From NCBI RefSeq assembly GCF_964204645.1, contig NC_134036.1:9093859-9157858 (forward strand): DNA of 64,000 nucleotides, in the 5' to 3' direction. The position numbers and the translations under genes were made by a program. Below, piece after piece: positions 12,480 through 25,330 of this stretch. The stretch is from Tubulanus polymorphus. Its lineage: Eukaryota > Animalia > Nemertea. The notes under the pieces were generated by a model. It had not been told where the DNA came from, did no database searches, and worked only from the letters and a program-made list of their open reading frames with translations. How positions within the stretch are numbered: position 1 is the stretch's first letter; each line of letters begins with the position of its first letter.

Positions 12480-14950
12480 TTATCTAGTGAACTGAAGTTT
12501 GTGCGGGTACGTCCACTTTACAAAGCAGGCAATAATGACTCTTCTGATAATAACAGACCGATATCTGTACTGCCTTGCTTTTCCAGAATTCTGGAAAATA
12601 TCGTATATAATCGATTAACGGAATATTGTAACACAGTTTCATAGTATTGATACGCCGGTCACAATCCTCTCCTTAGTCGTAAGATAATATAAGCAATAAT
12701 CGGTCCCTGGCGAGAGAACGTGTCCGCGCACAAACCCAAGTGAAACTAGAATACCGGAAATTTTGAATGGATATAACAATACAAGATGAATTTATTTACC
12801 TTAATATTTAAACACAGCTCTCCAGTTTAACACAATCCAAATCCTAGCTCTAAATTCCTATTGCACTCTCCTGCTGGTAACCCGTCCTGAATCAAGTCCC
12901 AAACAAGCTTTTAACAAGTAACTATTGAATCTCTATCGAGTGTCTTTTGAGTGTCTCTTGAGTGTCTCTTGAGTGTCTCTTGAGTGTCTGCTCTCTCAAG
13001 ATGCGGGTCCCTTTTATAGAAAGAGTCGGCGTTCTTAAAATGCCGACTCTCCCACTCGACTTTTGGCAAGAAGCAGCAACCTAACTGTCATATAGAATTT
13101 AGCCTTAATCATTCGCTGATGAAAAATTATTTTCAAAACTGATTTGCTGAACTAACTTTTTCCTTCCAACCCTCCTGTCGTGACGCGGAATGATTTACTC
13201 ACTCGTTGCTTATCATCGTTGAGAGAACAGCTATTCTCTGCGAGTTACCAACAGACGTATACAACAAGAGAAACTTTAGGGAGCTAGTATTAACAGCTAA
13301 CACAAATTAATTTTCTTAAAACTTTAGCGATTATAGAGAATTTGTTCTCACTTAACATCTAGGATATTCAAATTAAATATATTTTCGAAAAACTTTAGTA
13401 TTTGTCACAAATTAGGGTACCACTGATTATTTCTTTTTGAATTATTATAAATACTTTTGATTCGGAACTTCATTATGATCCATTATCTTTCTTAAAATCA
13501 TTCTATAACTGTTATACTAAATAAATTTGATTACAATACGGAATAAAGCAAAACAACAATGTCTCCCCATACTTCCGTTTTCCTTTTTAAAGAAAGTAGT
13601 CGGGAGTATCATGAAGTAACAGCGTGATTCTTTCACCAGCCGCATAATTAATGCAACCCATTGTTCCGAACAAATACGGTTCCGTCTATTCTTAAGTTTC
13701 TAAAAAGATTTCTGAATGTTTGCCAGATAACGCAGCAGAAGTACCGAGAAAAAAATTATTTTTACACCAGGCTGATTCATGGTCAGCGCTGATAGATCAA
13801 AGCATCAAACAACAACCTGCTTACTACATCTTACTACGTTTGTTGTCTGAAACCATTAATAACCACCAACGCATTCAGGAAATCAACATTACAAACATTG
13901 TTTAGCTACTACGAAATCTTGCTGCGGATCAGTATGCAACTAAACCAGTTTGGCTTTTCAAAAGAACCATTCAACTGCCATGGCCGTAACCTTGATAAGT
14001 GACGAAATTTCATAAAATTTAGAAAGAAAAAATAATCAACTAATAAGGGAATTCCAATGTGTTTCAAAAGCAATTGACCCCGTTGATCACGATATCATTG
14101 TACGAAATAATGTCTGTATGGAATAAGAGGTGTCTCGAACAACTGGTTAGAAAACAATTATCTCAAATTCAAAATTATAAATCTTCATTCGGAACTGTTA
14201 AAATCCGAGTTCCCCAAGGCTCAATTGTAGGTCCCTTGCTTTTTTGTTATACGTTAATAACTGAATTAAATTTTCTAGTGTGTTAAAACTTATATTGTTT
14301 GCTTATGACGCAAGTGCATTTTTATAGTTACAACAATTTAGACGGATTAGTATGTACTGTACATATTGAATTATCAAAATTTTTACCTGGTTTCAAACAA
14401 ACAAGTTGCCATTTAATGTATAGAAGACGTCATTTATGGTTTCCAGTTAATTATTGAAAAATAACTTGAGAATATTGAACAAGTCAATGTCCTAAATTTT
14501 GTTAGAGTTCTTATCCAGATATCTAAACTGGGACGATCTCATAAAATCAGTTGACACAATACTTTCTCGAAACATCGATATAATAAATAGACTCAAATAT
14601 AAGCTCCCAGCGAGCTCATTTCGTACACTTTATTTTTCGCTTATCGATCCTTACCTCCAGTTATATAACTACAGCCAATAATTGAATTGCGAAAAGAGGT
14701 ATTAAGTTCATTTCGAATTCCTATTATTTGACGTACACTGACCCTATATTCAAACAGTAAATTTCCTCAGGCTCAAAGATATTGATAACCCCCAGTTAGG
14801 TACTTTTATCAACTAATTCGTCCACTCTGAACTCGTCCAAGCCAAAATTTTCAAATCTATAGTCATAATAGTCGGTGACGACAAGATTTACACACACTTT
14901 CTCACAATAGCCAAAGAAGAACCATTTCTGGAAAATTCAAAACTGTTTCT
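12480..14950 (+). pseudogene. CR1/L2-clade LINE reverse transcriptase relic, split by a solo LTR
   Basis: Degenerate NNRPISVLPCFSRILENIVYNRL (about 12550-12620), NQFG..KNHSTAMA (about 13943), SKAIDPVDHD, VPQGSIVGPLLF (about 14210) and LFAYD (an FADD equivalent). Confidence 0.8.
12627..13932 (-). mobile_element. Solo LTR (~1.3 kb) inserted in the LINE relic
   Basis: Starts TGTAAC exactly where the RT frame breaks. Minus-strand TATAAAAG at about 13010-13018 and AATAAA at about 12791. Contains an internal (GAGTGTCTCTT)n repeat at 12938-12988 and is homologous to 61670-62547, which ends in TACAACA. Confidence 0.65.
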
Positions 14951-15629
14951 GAGAAATTATAGAAAAAAAAAACTTTGCCCTTGATTACATTATATATTCA
15001 TCCTCTTATTAAAACTCAAATTATAGTTATATTGAAAAAATAGAATTACATGTTAATCTAACTGTTTATTATGTGTGCAATTGTGTGTTTTTCGTTTGCA
15101 CTTTTCTCTTTTGAGGGACCTTTTTATATAAACTCTTTCTTAGTTTCTACGGAGCCATTCGAGTCTAATTTACTGTATTTTGTATAACGCTTCGGTGAAC
15201 TATGCTGTGTATTATATTTGAAAAACGAGGCTTCATTTATTCTTTCCAGGTGCCACTTTTATTTCGTGTGCTGTATCTATTCCTGTTAAAGGGAAATTCT
15301 CTTTGTCGATTGCTAGCTTTATATTTAATCATTGTCCGAATGCAAAATGAAAGCAGTTCTGAGAAAAAGTTGAAGTATGTTCTGAAGGCTGCCCTCTCAT
15401 TAAGAGGTTAAAAAAGCTTGGACCTGGAACTGGATACAATGCTTTTTAAAAAGCAGTTAACAAAACTTCATTTAATGGGATTAAATGATGTAACTGAATT
15501 TATTAAGTATATTCCTAAAATTACGCCCAGTTAAGTCCGATATAAAGCTAAAACCTACGGAAAGCCTCGCTTGCCCGTATGTTTGCGCAATCTGCGGTAG
15601 AACGGCAGCGACATTTCAGCTCGTAGAGT

Positions 15630-16100
15630 CACTACGAAAGATTTCTACCGGTGTTGCTGTTCCACGCCGTAGTTTTAAGCAAAAAAAAACTGCGTGACGA
15701 ATGCTCGTCCATGCAGCAGCGTGTTGCGTCCAGCGAAACGACGACTATGTTCACTTCTACCCCCACGATCATGTACCTATTCCCCTGGCTCGAATTTACT
15801 ATAACAAGTCCAATGACTTGCTCTTTCATTAGCATTATCATAAGCACCATGTGTGTAATGTTTGTTCGTTAGGTGCTTCACCGCACGTATGTATTCTTGC
15901 GAAGTGTACACTCGAATGGCTGTCCGCCACTGTGGCTCCTGCTATGGTGAACCTAGCGACTTCTTTGTATGGAAGCCTTGCTGCACATTTCACGAGGGAA
16001 GATTTGCTTGTCTAGTCCGTTGTAATGTTTCTTTCGTGTATTTTGAACAATTACCACGAAAACAATTATGTTCAAACTTATTCAGATTCATAACATACAA
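15630..16100 (+). pseudogene. Possible highly degenerate rhodopsin-family GPCR
   Basis: Mixed-frame translation AVVLSKKKLR...SSET...TCSFISIIISTMCVMF..CFTARMY..VY resembles TM1-ICL1-TM2-TM3/ERY, but the motifs are eroded. Confidence 0.3.
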
Positions 16101-16520
16101 CCGGGATACGATCCGAGGGTTCATATCCATGCTCACTGCTTCTTGCTTCCTTGTCTCTGGAGGTCACGTCCTCTCAAGTACCTTCTCCCGTAACCCCCAC
16201 ACGCGTAGCATTTTTGGTGGTCGGTAAGTCTCTTTTCGTTAATTTTCTTTCACCCCAGAATGCAAAAGAATATGCTTTGCATTTCAGACAGTATCAAACT
16301 TCAGAATATCGAGTAACATATTGCACACCAAAAAGACAGTGTTAAGTAATTAGTTAAGTGGTTTTCATGTTATCCCCTACTCCTACGTCTGATATCTGGT
16401 AGTTTTCGTTACGGCGCATTATTTCTTTGAAGGACAATGGATACTACATTTCTTAAACCCTCAACCCAAGATATTTATATATCGTAAAGCCCAATGACAT
16501 AGTGGTGTCATAATGACATA

Positions 16521-17050
16521 CTCAAATGTTTTGTGACTTTCTCAAAATGTATCAAAAATTTAACTAATTTTTAGTTCATAAGTCCTCAAATATTCATAAA
16601 TGAACAGTTAAAAATTGTTGAAACATGTCGACTCTGCTGTAAAATCAACCTATTAACAGTCCGGAATTTGGGATAATATTGGGCTTTAGAGAACATAATG
16701 CCCTTAGGTCTTCACATTTACAGTAAAGATTACGTAAGTGATTCACGCGCAGCTCGCGATGGGCGCACAATAGAAATCTGAGCCGCGCGTTCTTTGAGTG
16801 TCACCAATTAAGAGGACCGCTATTGTGAAAATTGACTGCGGGAGGAATATTCCTCCCAATGTCAATCGATGGAAACTTGACCATGGGGTCCGATATTCAA
16901 AGAATTGACTTTGGGAGGAATATTCCTCCCAAGGTCAAACGAAGAGAATTTGACCTTCAGGTCTGATATTCAAAGTATCGACTTCGGGAGGAATGTTCCT
17001 CCGAATGACAAACGAAGGAAACTGGACCTGGTCTGTTATTCGAAATATAG
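16521..17050 (+). repeat. Left copy of a ~530-bp inverted repeat (DNA-transposon terminal-type sequence)
   Basis: Reverse complement of 60270-60800 at roughly 90% identity by eye. Contains three palindromic GGGAGGAATATTCCTCCC units (about 16840, 16913, 16986). Confidence 0.9.
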
Positions 17051-17429
17051 ACTTTGTGATGAATGTTCTTCCAAACGACTAAACGCTTAAACCTGAGCTT
17101 TTAGAATCATTGGTGTATATATTAATCATATTGGTGTTATAATTGTTTTAATAAGTAGTATACTATAGCGACGACACCAGACATATTAAGGCAATTTGAG
17201 TGATAATGTACACGGCATTTGAGGGTCTGCGACGAATGATTTAAGGCCTTCCCAAATAAAAAGGGAATTTCTTTTTAGTTCCCTTTTTAGTCCTAATTCC
17301 TGCAATATGAATATAAACACAGAATACACTTCTCCATAACCAAAAACAACTGAATCGCGTCGACTATAGAGTAAAAATGACATTTATTAGTTCACATAAA
17401 ACAGAATCTTACATACAAAATCAAGAGCT

Positions 17430-18260
17430 TTGAGTCCTATGAGACTCAATCAATCGGGTTACATGATTCAAGTATTTGTAGTTAATACAAGAAATTGAGT
17501 CTCAGGACGCACTTTCAAAAATTAGTTTGAGGTATTATTTGTACCGGGTCTTAAAACATGCATTTTAAGAATTGCAATATTGATATGATAAGAAATTAGA
17601 TTTGAGTCTTGAGACTCATTTTAGCATCAGGTTTTCAAAATTGCGTCCTAGGACTCATTACAAAAGGCCCACTCGCGGAATCGTTAGATTCGAGTCTTGA
17701 GACTCATATTAGTATCTACTTTTCTAAATTGCACCCTAGGACTCATTCATAGTTTGATTCGAGTCTTGAGACTCATTTTAGTATCTGATTTACTATATTT
17801 CGTCCTAGGACTCATTCACCGTTAGATTCGAGTCTTAAGACTCATTTTAGTACCTGCTTTTCTAAATTGCGTCCTAGGACTCATTCACCGTTAGATTCGA
17901 GTCTTAAGACTCATTTTAGTACCTGCTTTTCTAAATTGCGTCCTAGGACTCATTCATCGTTAGATGCGAGTCTTGAGACTCATTTTACTAAATTGCGTCC
18001 TAGGACTCATTCTAAAACTTTCACTGGTTTGAATCGTTAGATTCGAGTCCTAGGACTCATTTTAGTATCTGCTTTGCTAAATTGCGTCCTAGGACTCATT
18101 CATCGTTAGATTCGAGTATTGAGACTCATTTTAGTATCTGCTTTGCTAAATTGCGTCCTAGGACTCATTCGTCGTTAGATTCGAGTCTTGAGTCTCATTT
18201 TAGTGTTTGCTTCACATAATTTCGCACTAAGAAACCTCCATAATAAGGAATCGTTAGTTT
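17430..18260. repeat. Tandem repeat with a ~69-bp unit containing GAGTC-N4-GACTC palindromes
   Basis: Unit GTTAGATTCGAGTCTTGAGACTCATTTTAGTATCTGCTTTTCTAAATTGCGTCCTAGGACTCATTCATC; the period is 69 between 17821 and 17890. Confidence 0.9.
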
Positions 18261-20012
18261 TGAGTGTTTAGCTCAATCTAAATGCGGATCAAAATCAGTT
18301 GACAAAGCCACCATAGTGTTTCCAATTGTGTTTCCAATTGCACTATATGTACAATATATGATAAAGCCTAAAGGATACTAAAACTTATGATTGAATATTC
18401 AATGATACCAAAATTTACTCATTTGGAGGGTTTTGATTTACTCTAAAAACAGCAGATATTCCCGCTGAAGTAGTGTACAAACATTCTACACGACATTTTT
18501 ACTTTACTCGTACATTCACGATGCTGTAATCACGAATAATTATGCAATCTATAATTTAAAATCCATAAGGATGAACATCAAAAAATAATATCACGGACAG
18601 ATTGGACTTATACACAGAATGATTAGGCTGATCCTGGATATCATTGACTATGTAAACATAATGCTATTCCGTTAAGCTACGTAAAACCAAAACTTTTAGA
18701 GCCTATTCAAAAATCCAAAAATTAATAAATACATTGAAATCATTCCAACAGGCACTGCCTTTATGTCATTCCGGGGCATTATTCTGCCCTCCATTATGCT
18801 TATCTCTCGATAGGGTAAAACTCACACTTTAACTGTGTTGGAGTGCAGTCTCCAGTGACGATCATTGTATTTTCGGTCAGCAATTGCTGTAGAACAGGAC
18901 ACTCCTAATTTACACTTTGTTCTACATGGTTCCATCGCGGAACCAAACGTGGTCACTGCGACATCTCATTCCCTGGCAATCAGCGGTGCAGTTGGTCCAG
19001 AGAGGGGACAGCGTGAAATAAGTTGATAGGCGACTGTTCTAGCCCTTAAGCTAGGGGATCGGCATTTCACTAGTAATTAATCTTCTCCAGCGCACTCGAT
19101 AGTGTCCCTGAAAGTAAAAAAAAAAGATAATAAGCTAACTGAATTCGCATAGAAGTTCAAACGATTCAGATATTATAATGAATGATCCTAACAATTACCT
19201 ATAATCTTAAGTAACAAATTTTGATAATGCTATTGAAAATTCAAATGCATTAAAGACGTACTTTCAAACTATCGATTAAGGAAACATTAGATTCGGCCTT
19301 AAGATAAAATGCAGTTTATAGACTACTTTACAAATACAAGAAATATTCATACTTTGACGATAGAGTGATTTTGAAATGCGAGAAATATGCATATTTGGGC
19401 CGATGTCAAGTCTACACATAACGCTCAGTCTACACTATACCCACACAGTATATCACAGTTTTTTCATAGTCAACTGGAATTCAGTACTATTGTATATCAC
19501 TCAGTCTATCGAGGTAAAAAACCACTAGGAAGCAGAATGCAGAAAAAGTGCAGTATGTGCAAATGTGCTAATTTATCTAAGGAAGTGTTTATTTTAATGT
19601 TTAATAAGCCTTATTCAGTACATTTCTTTTTGAATGACGTTATAAAAACGAGATGTATCGAAGAAGGCTATGGACAGATTATTACAACAAATGAATGGGC
19701 ATACAAGCGCTACGCATTTTACATTGATTCTGCAATTGAATAGTTCGGTAGAAATGTCATTTTTTCAAATTAGGGCGTCACCAAACTAGAGCTAAGTGAA
19801 GTGAACTAAAACTGGTGAATTATTGAATTAAAAGTGGTCCATCAATACTAACCTGTCAAAAATATATTTTGCTGCATACTAATCAAATGTCCCGAATTCA
19901 GGTTCAAAATCACGAAACGACGATCTGAAAGAGAATGTGTGCATGTATGAATGAATAGATCGATCTAGCGTAAAAGCTGACTTCCAAATAGATAGATATC
20001 TATCAGTTTGAA

Positions 20013-23000
20013 TCACCGCAATATACATGTACTTACTGAAGGATTCGGTAATTCGTGTTTTTCATTGATATCCTGTTCAATGCCTTCCTGTGCCTTCAAA
20101 AATGGAAGGTACCATACAGCGGAATCTGCTAGCTTGACTGTCTTAGTTTCAATGGTATCGAGGAAATCATTCCACCAGCCTTGTTTTTCCTGTGGTAAAA
20201 AGCTTTTCCATTTCTCCATATTCTTTTTCATATCCTTGATTTCGATGATTGAATAATTTAAATCGAGCACTGAAGGAGTACCAGTTGGTATACTTGTCAA
20301 TACACCGCCTTCCATGCAGTGCCATTCCTGAGTTGATGAACACCTATAGTACATGTTTATTTGGGATTGATCTTGGCTGTCCCTTCGAAAAATCCTTGGT
20401 TTCGAATGGTTCTTCATGTTGACGATATGTGGAGCAAGCCAAGATCGAATATCCAACAACCCCCCCAACTCGATACCATCGCACAGTTTGAGCAGGCCAG
20501 CCATATCGAATGCATCTTCTCTTCTCAACCTACCGGCATACACGCTAATTAGCTGGTCGATGTCTTCGTGCGTATGACCAACGAAGAGAAAACTCAACTG
20601 AATCTGAAATGATTGAAGTAGTTCGTCTTTAGAATTTTCGATCTCATAACCCACACAATAATACGGGTGCGATGTATGGTTCTGAATTCAAGTTATAAGT
20701 TCAAAAGATATACCACATGGAAATATATATGAGACATGATATCTATTGCAGTAGAAACTGCATAACTTGCCAATACATGTAGTTAGTTACAAGTTTGTCG
20801 ATATATGTAATCTCTACCGAACAGAGGTACAAATAAGTGAGTATTTGCGTTGCTTCTTAATTGAAAGCCTCCATTTATTAGTAGCCTGCAACTAGCAGTT
20901 TCCTCACCTCGTTAAATATTTTCTTCTCTACTAGAATTTGCAAGAGGGCTAAAACGTATTTGTTCTTATTTTCGCGGCCACAGTTGTCGGCTTGTAAATA
21001 CAAATGCGGTGGCAGTTGACCATTCTAAAAAAGTAAATAAATTAATTAAACATTAAATAAATGGATTTAACATTTCTTTTCACATTTGCTGACATAGAAA
21101 TGTGTACCGGTATTGAATTGTTTATATTCGTCTTACCTTAGATATACACCATAATGTCTTGAGGATAACATTCATCGTCATGTTGCTGTTGTGTGGATAA
21201 AGATGATAATCGACATACGACTGAGATATTTTATGACCATGACTTATCAAACTGTTATGTGTGTTTTTAGTAAGTTAGTAGCTGTCATGAACTGAAAAGA
21301 GAAATACCGGTAATTAGAAAATATAGTGCAAAAAGGCTATGATAAATAATGCAGATTAAATATGTTTTACAGTGGGTTTTTGTTTATTATCAAACAGTTC
21401 ATTTTCATTGTACGCCATTGGAGGTTAATTACTGGTGAGTTCTATAGAATGGTTTGTGTACCGGGTAATACAACTGGATTGGATTTATGGGAAATTTGCG
21501 ATAAATCGTAAGTTAAATGACAATAAGGTGGCCAGACGAGTTGCTCACCTTACCTTTTTCTCCGGCAAAATGTGGAAGAAATGACTTCGTTTGGTCCATA
21601 CCATCGACTATCAAACTAACGTAACGGTTCGGATTCGTCTGCGCTCTACTAACGCGTGCATAATAGGCGAGTCTCTCAGTCCTGATGCAGAGAAATACAT
21701 GATGGTTTTTTACGTAAGAACATTGAAATTATCAAACACTGAGATTGGAACAACATTCCAAGTGCGGTATGGAAATTCAAACAGCCTCCTTATTAGATAC
21801 GATGAAGATAGCATTTACATGTACTTACATTACTGTAGAAATGTGGCGTTGTTTTTCTGCCATTATTTCCTTGCGGGATATCGGGTTCTGCGTTGATTGA
21901 AGTAATCGTTGGATTCTCACACAATCGTCACATTTCGAGAATGTACTACCCTATAAACATTCAAGCATCATTCATATTAGAAAATGTCAGTATATTTTTG
22001 AAATATGTAGGCAAAGTGAAGCAATAAGTTACCTTCTTGATTTTGACAAATGAGAACAACTCTGACCAGATCCGATAAAATGTAGACTGACTGACATATC
22101 TATCATTGTTGTCGCTTTTTTCTGTTTTGTACTCCCGGTAGAGGTAAATTTTTCGGAATATCTGTGGAAGCCATTTTTCAGTCTTATCGGGAGCAGATTG
22201 TACTGTATTTTCCAAATAATTTGAGAGCCAAGAAGTTGCCTCAACGAATTCAGGGCTAGATTTTCTGATGGATATATTCTCCGGGCATTCTGACTTATCC
22301 TGTTTCGACTTGATTTTGTAAAGTGTCGATTTACTGATGCCATAGACATTTAACCAGCAGCCTTGGCAAACAGATCTACCCATGACAGTAAGGTTAATGC
22401 GCGATGTATTCTGCGTACATGTTTGTAGAGTATCCACGATAAACTGATGACGATCCGAAATATTGCGACACCAATATGATTCCCGCAGGTTCTTTATATC
22501 AGTCATGTGCAAAAAATCGGTACAACGTTTTTTACAGATCACATGAAGAGATTTCAATAGCGTTGTCGATGATGTTTTTTTGTTAAAAAGACTATCTTTG
22601 GGATATCCTGAAAAGAGATTGATGCATGAATAGAGATTATGGAATTGTGTTTTACCACGCGTTTCCAACGGATATTTCCAAAATCATTGTGATTTCTCTG
22701 TATTTGATTTTCAACTTCCATTTCAATATTACAGAAAATGAAATTCGTGAGAACATTCTTCTTAGAAACGAATAGAAATACATAAAGGAATTGGATATGC
22801 TTCTAGTTCCGTTTGATATCTGACCGTCAATAGCCGCAATTTCTGCCGTCAACGGATTTACTGGACTCCGCGTTGACAATATGAAAGCGTAGCTTATCGC
22901 CTTTAATTGACTGTATTAACTCTTATAATTATTGATCGTTTCTCAAATGGCATACTTATACACTTTAAAGGCTATCAGTGAATATTGGGGATTGTCATGT

Positions 23001-24842
23001 AGGCTACTGCTGTAACAGCAACAGAAGGAATGGGTTATTTGAAATTTTAATACAGGCACATTGTCCCTTTTAGCAGAACCTTGAGTGTAAATTTCTCGAC
23101 GTTTATGGCAGTGGCGCCCCCATTGGCGACGGTGAAATATTTGACTACCCGTTTGGTTCTGTTATATTTCGATGGGCTTCATCAGAAAATCCGTTGCAAT
23201 TATAAAGAGAAATGCTTCATCGGGTTAGTGGAAAATATTTTAAAACTATTGAAACCCAACTATGTAAACTGCATAAATTCCTAAATTTAAATTGCTTATT
23301 TTCTCCCCTATCATACTTACTGCTAGATTCGGCTATACGTGACTTTGAATGAGGAAGGATAAGCGAGCTCTCCAGGGGTTGTTGTTGACTATCTGTAAAA
23401 AGTGAAAATAAATTCGACATACTAAATTGCAAAAGACAACTGCATGTAATGTGATATCAATATTCGGTAAATACAAATGAAACAAAATTGTTAATTGCAC
23501 TCTTTTGCATTCATACTTCATCCTTATTAGATAAGATTTTTAATATTCTGTTTAATACCATATTGATGTTCTCACTTTGCCGTTGGTAGGAAAACCAGAA
23601 AAACCCTTGAAAAAAATATATTTTACCTGAACTGGTCGCATGTTCTTCAAATTCTATATCTTCACTGCTGTCCATTTCACAACTCGCATTGCTTGGTGAC
23701 TCTAAAAGTTAATTGGTAGAAGTGTTCTTTAATTAATATTTAGATTATTGTCTGGGGAGTGAAAATCATAATACATATATACCTGAACTGATGCAAAATT
23801 CTCCAAAAACACTTTCTTCGATTTGACCATGGGGTAAAACTACGAGTATATTTTAGGAACTTCGATCTAGATGTAACAGAAATTATCATTTTGGGAATAT
23901 CACAATATCTACCTGCTCCGGCGCTTTCCTCAAAAACACTTTCATCTAGGATATCATTCGCCTCAATCGGATGAGAGGGTAAAACTACAAGTAGATCCAT
24001 GAAAAGAGTTGTTTTACATCATGGGTTCATAATCATAATAACATTATTTGGAAAAATTCTTCAATATAATTACCCAAATTGAGGACGCTTTCCTCAAAAA
24101 CACTATTATCTTCGTTCCCTCCACTCAGATTGCTGGGTAAAACTAAAAGTATATTTCAGGAAAGGTCGTTTACATACAGTAAGTGCAGGATCTTGATGCA
24201 ACAGAAATTTCTGGGAATATCAGAATATCTACCTGTACTGATTATGCTTTCTTCAAAAACACTTTCATCTAGGACATTTTTCCCCTCACTCAGGTTGCCG
24301 GGTAGAACTACAAGTACATTTTCGCTAAAGTCATTTACAGGTATCTTGATATAAAATGAATGTGAATTATCCTATTAGGAATATCAGAATATCTACCTGC
24401 ACTAATGACACTTTCCTCAAAAACACTTTCATTAAGGATATCTTTCGATTCACACGGATTGCCGGGTAAAGCTACAAGTAGAATCATGAAAATCAAATCA
24501 TTTTATGGTATGAGTGCATCACAGTTATGTTAATATACATCATTTATGGAAAATTCCTCAGAAAATCTACCTGAACTGAAGACGCTTTCCTCAAAAACAC
24601 TTTCTTCAACGGCGCTGTTTGTTTCATTACTCAGAATGGCGGTTAAACCTGAGACGATTGATAACATGCGTTTAAAGTAGCTATCGATACATCAATCAAT
24701 ACAGCGGATATTACTCCTAAAACGACAATTTGTAGATGCATAGAAATAGTAATAAGTAGGTCATGATAGGTACCTGGAGTATGGTCTGATACACTCAGTC
24801 TGGATTTCTTAGGAGTACTAGCAGAAAACATGCTTGTGTCAG
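20013..24842 (-). pseudogene. Intron-rich Sola1-like (DUF7869-type) DDD transposase gene with at least one frameshift
   Basis: Spliced exons give VCQGCWLNVYGISKST, WLP, YVSQSTFYRIW, FSKCDDC, LIVDGMDQ (about 21600), YPHNSN, LYLQADNCGRENKN (about 20985) and LSFLFVGHTHEDIDQ (about 20570). Junctions are GT-AG and there is a frameshift near 21250. Confidence 0.8.
23627..24648 (-). repeat. Tandem exon+intron modules (~165-bp period) encoding acidic ESVFEES repeats
   Basis: Seven AG/GT-bounded phase-1 exons: 24648-24571, 24471-24397, 24307-24233, 24142-24074, 23984-23913, 23839-23783, 23701-23627. Confidence 0.75.
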
Positions 24843-25159
24843 CTGTAAAATAGAAATTAAGACAAATGAATTACAAAATGCCAATATACTTCAAAAACTG
24901 AACTAAATATATTTCATGCTGTTTAGTGAATTCGTATACATAGGCCCTAAAGTATTTGATGCCGACGAACAAAAATTGCATATTCTTGCGTTTTCGTGTA
25001 TTGGAGCTTCATATTTCCACCGTCATATTTCTGCTTTTTAAAGAAAGGAAATGATGGAAAAACGTGTGAAATGAATTATTTGTAGAGAAGGTTGCAGGCT
25101 CGTTGACCTCTCTCGCAGCCCGTTACTATATTATCCCTTAAATCTAGCGTATATCAAAC

Positions 25160-25330
25160 TTTTATTCAAACTCGAATTATTACCAAGCCTAACTTCACTG
25201 CCCACTCTGAACCACGCTTCAAACAGCTTATTAAAACTTCTAAAAATAAATGATCTCTACACACTTAAAGCCACTTTTCATCTATGACACAACCTTTGAA
25301 GGAATTGAACTGTGTATAGAGCAGAACAAT
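25160..25330 (+). pseudogene. CR1/L2 LINE 3' fragment
   Basis: RIITKPNFTAHSEP.FKQL..LLKINDLY is the typical C-terminal motif of CR1/L2 ORF2. Confidence 0.5.

Noticed and set aside
16836-17010. CRISPR-like palindromes at ~73-bp spacing
   Set aside because: Only three units with related spacers, lying inside a transposon-end-type inverted repeat.
17430-18260. CRISPR-like array of palindromic repeats
   Set aside because: The intervening sequences are themselves repeated rather than unique spacers, there are no cas genes, and the context is eukaryotic.
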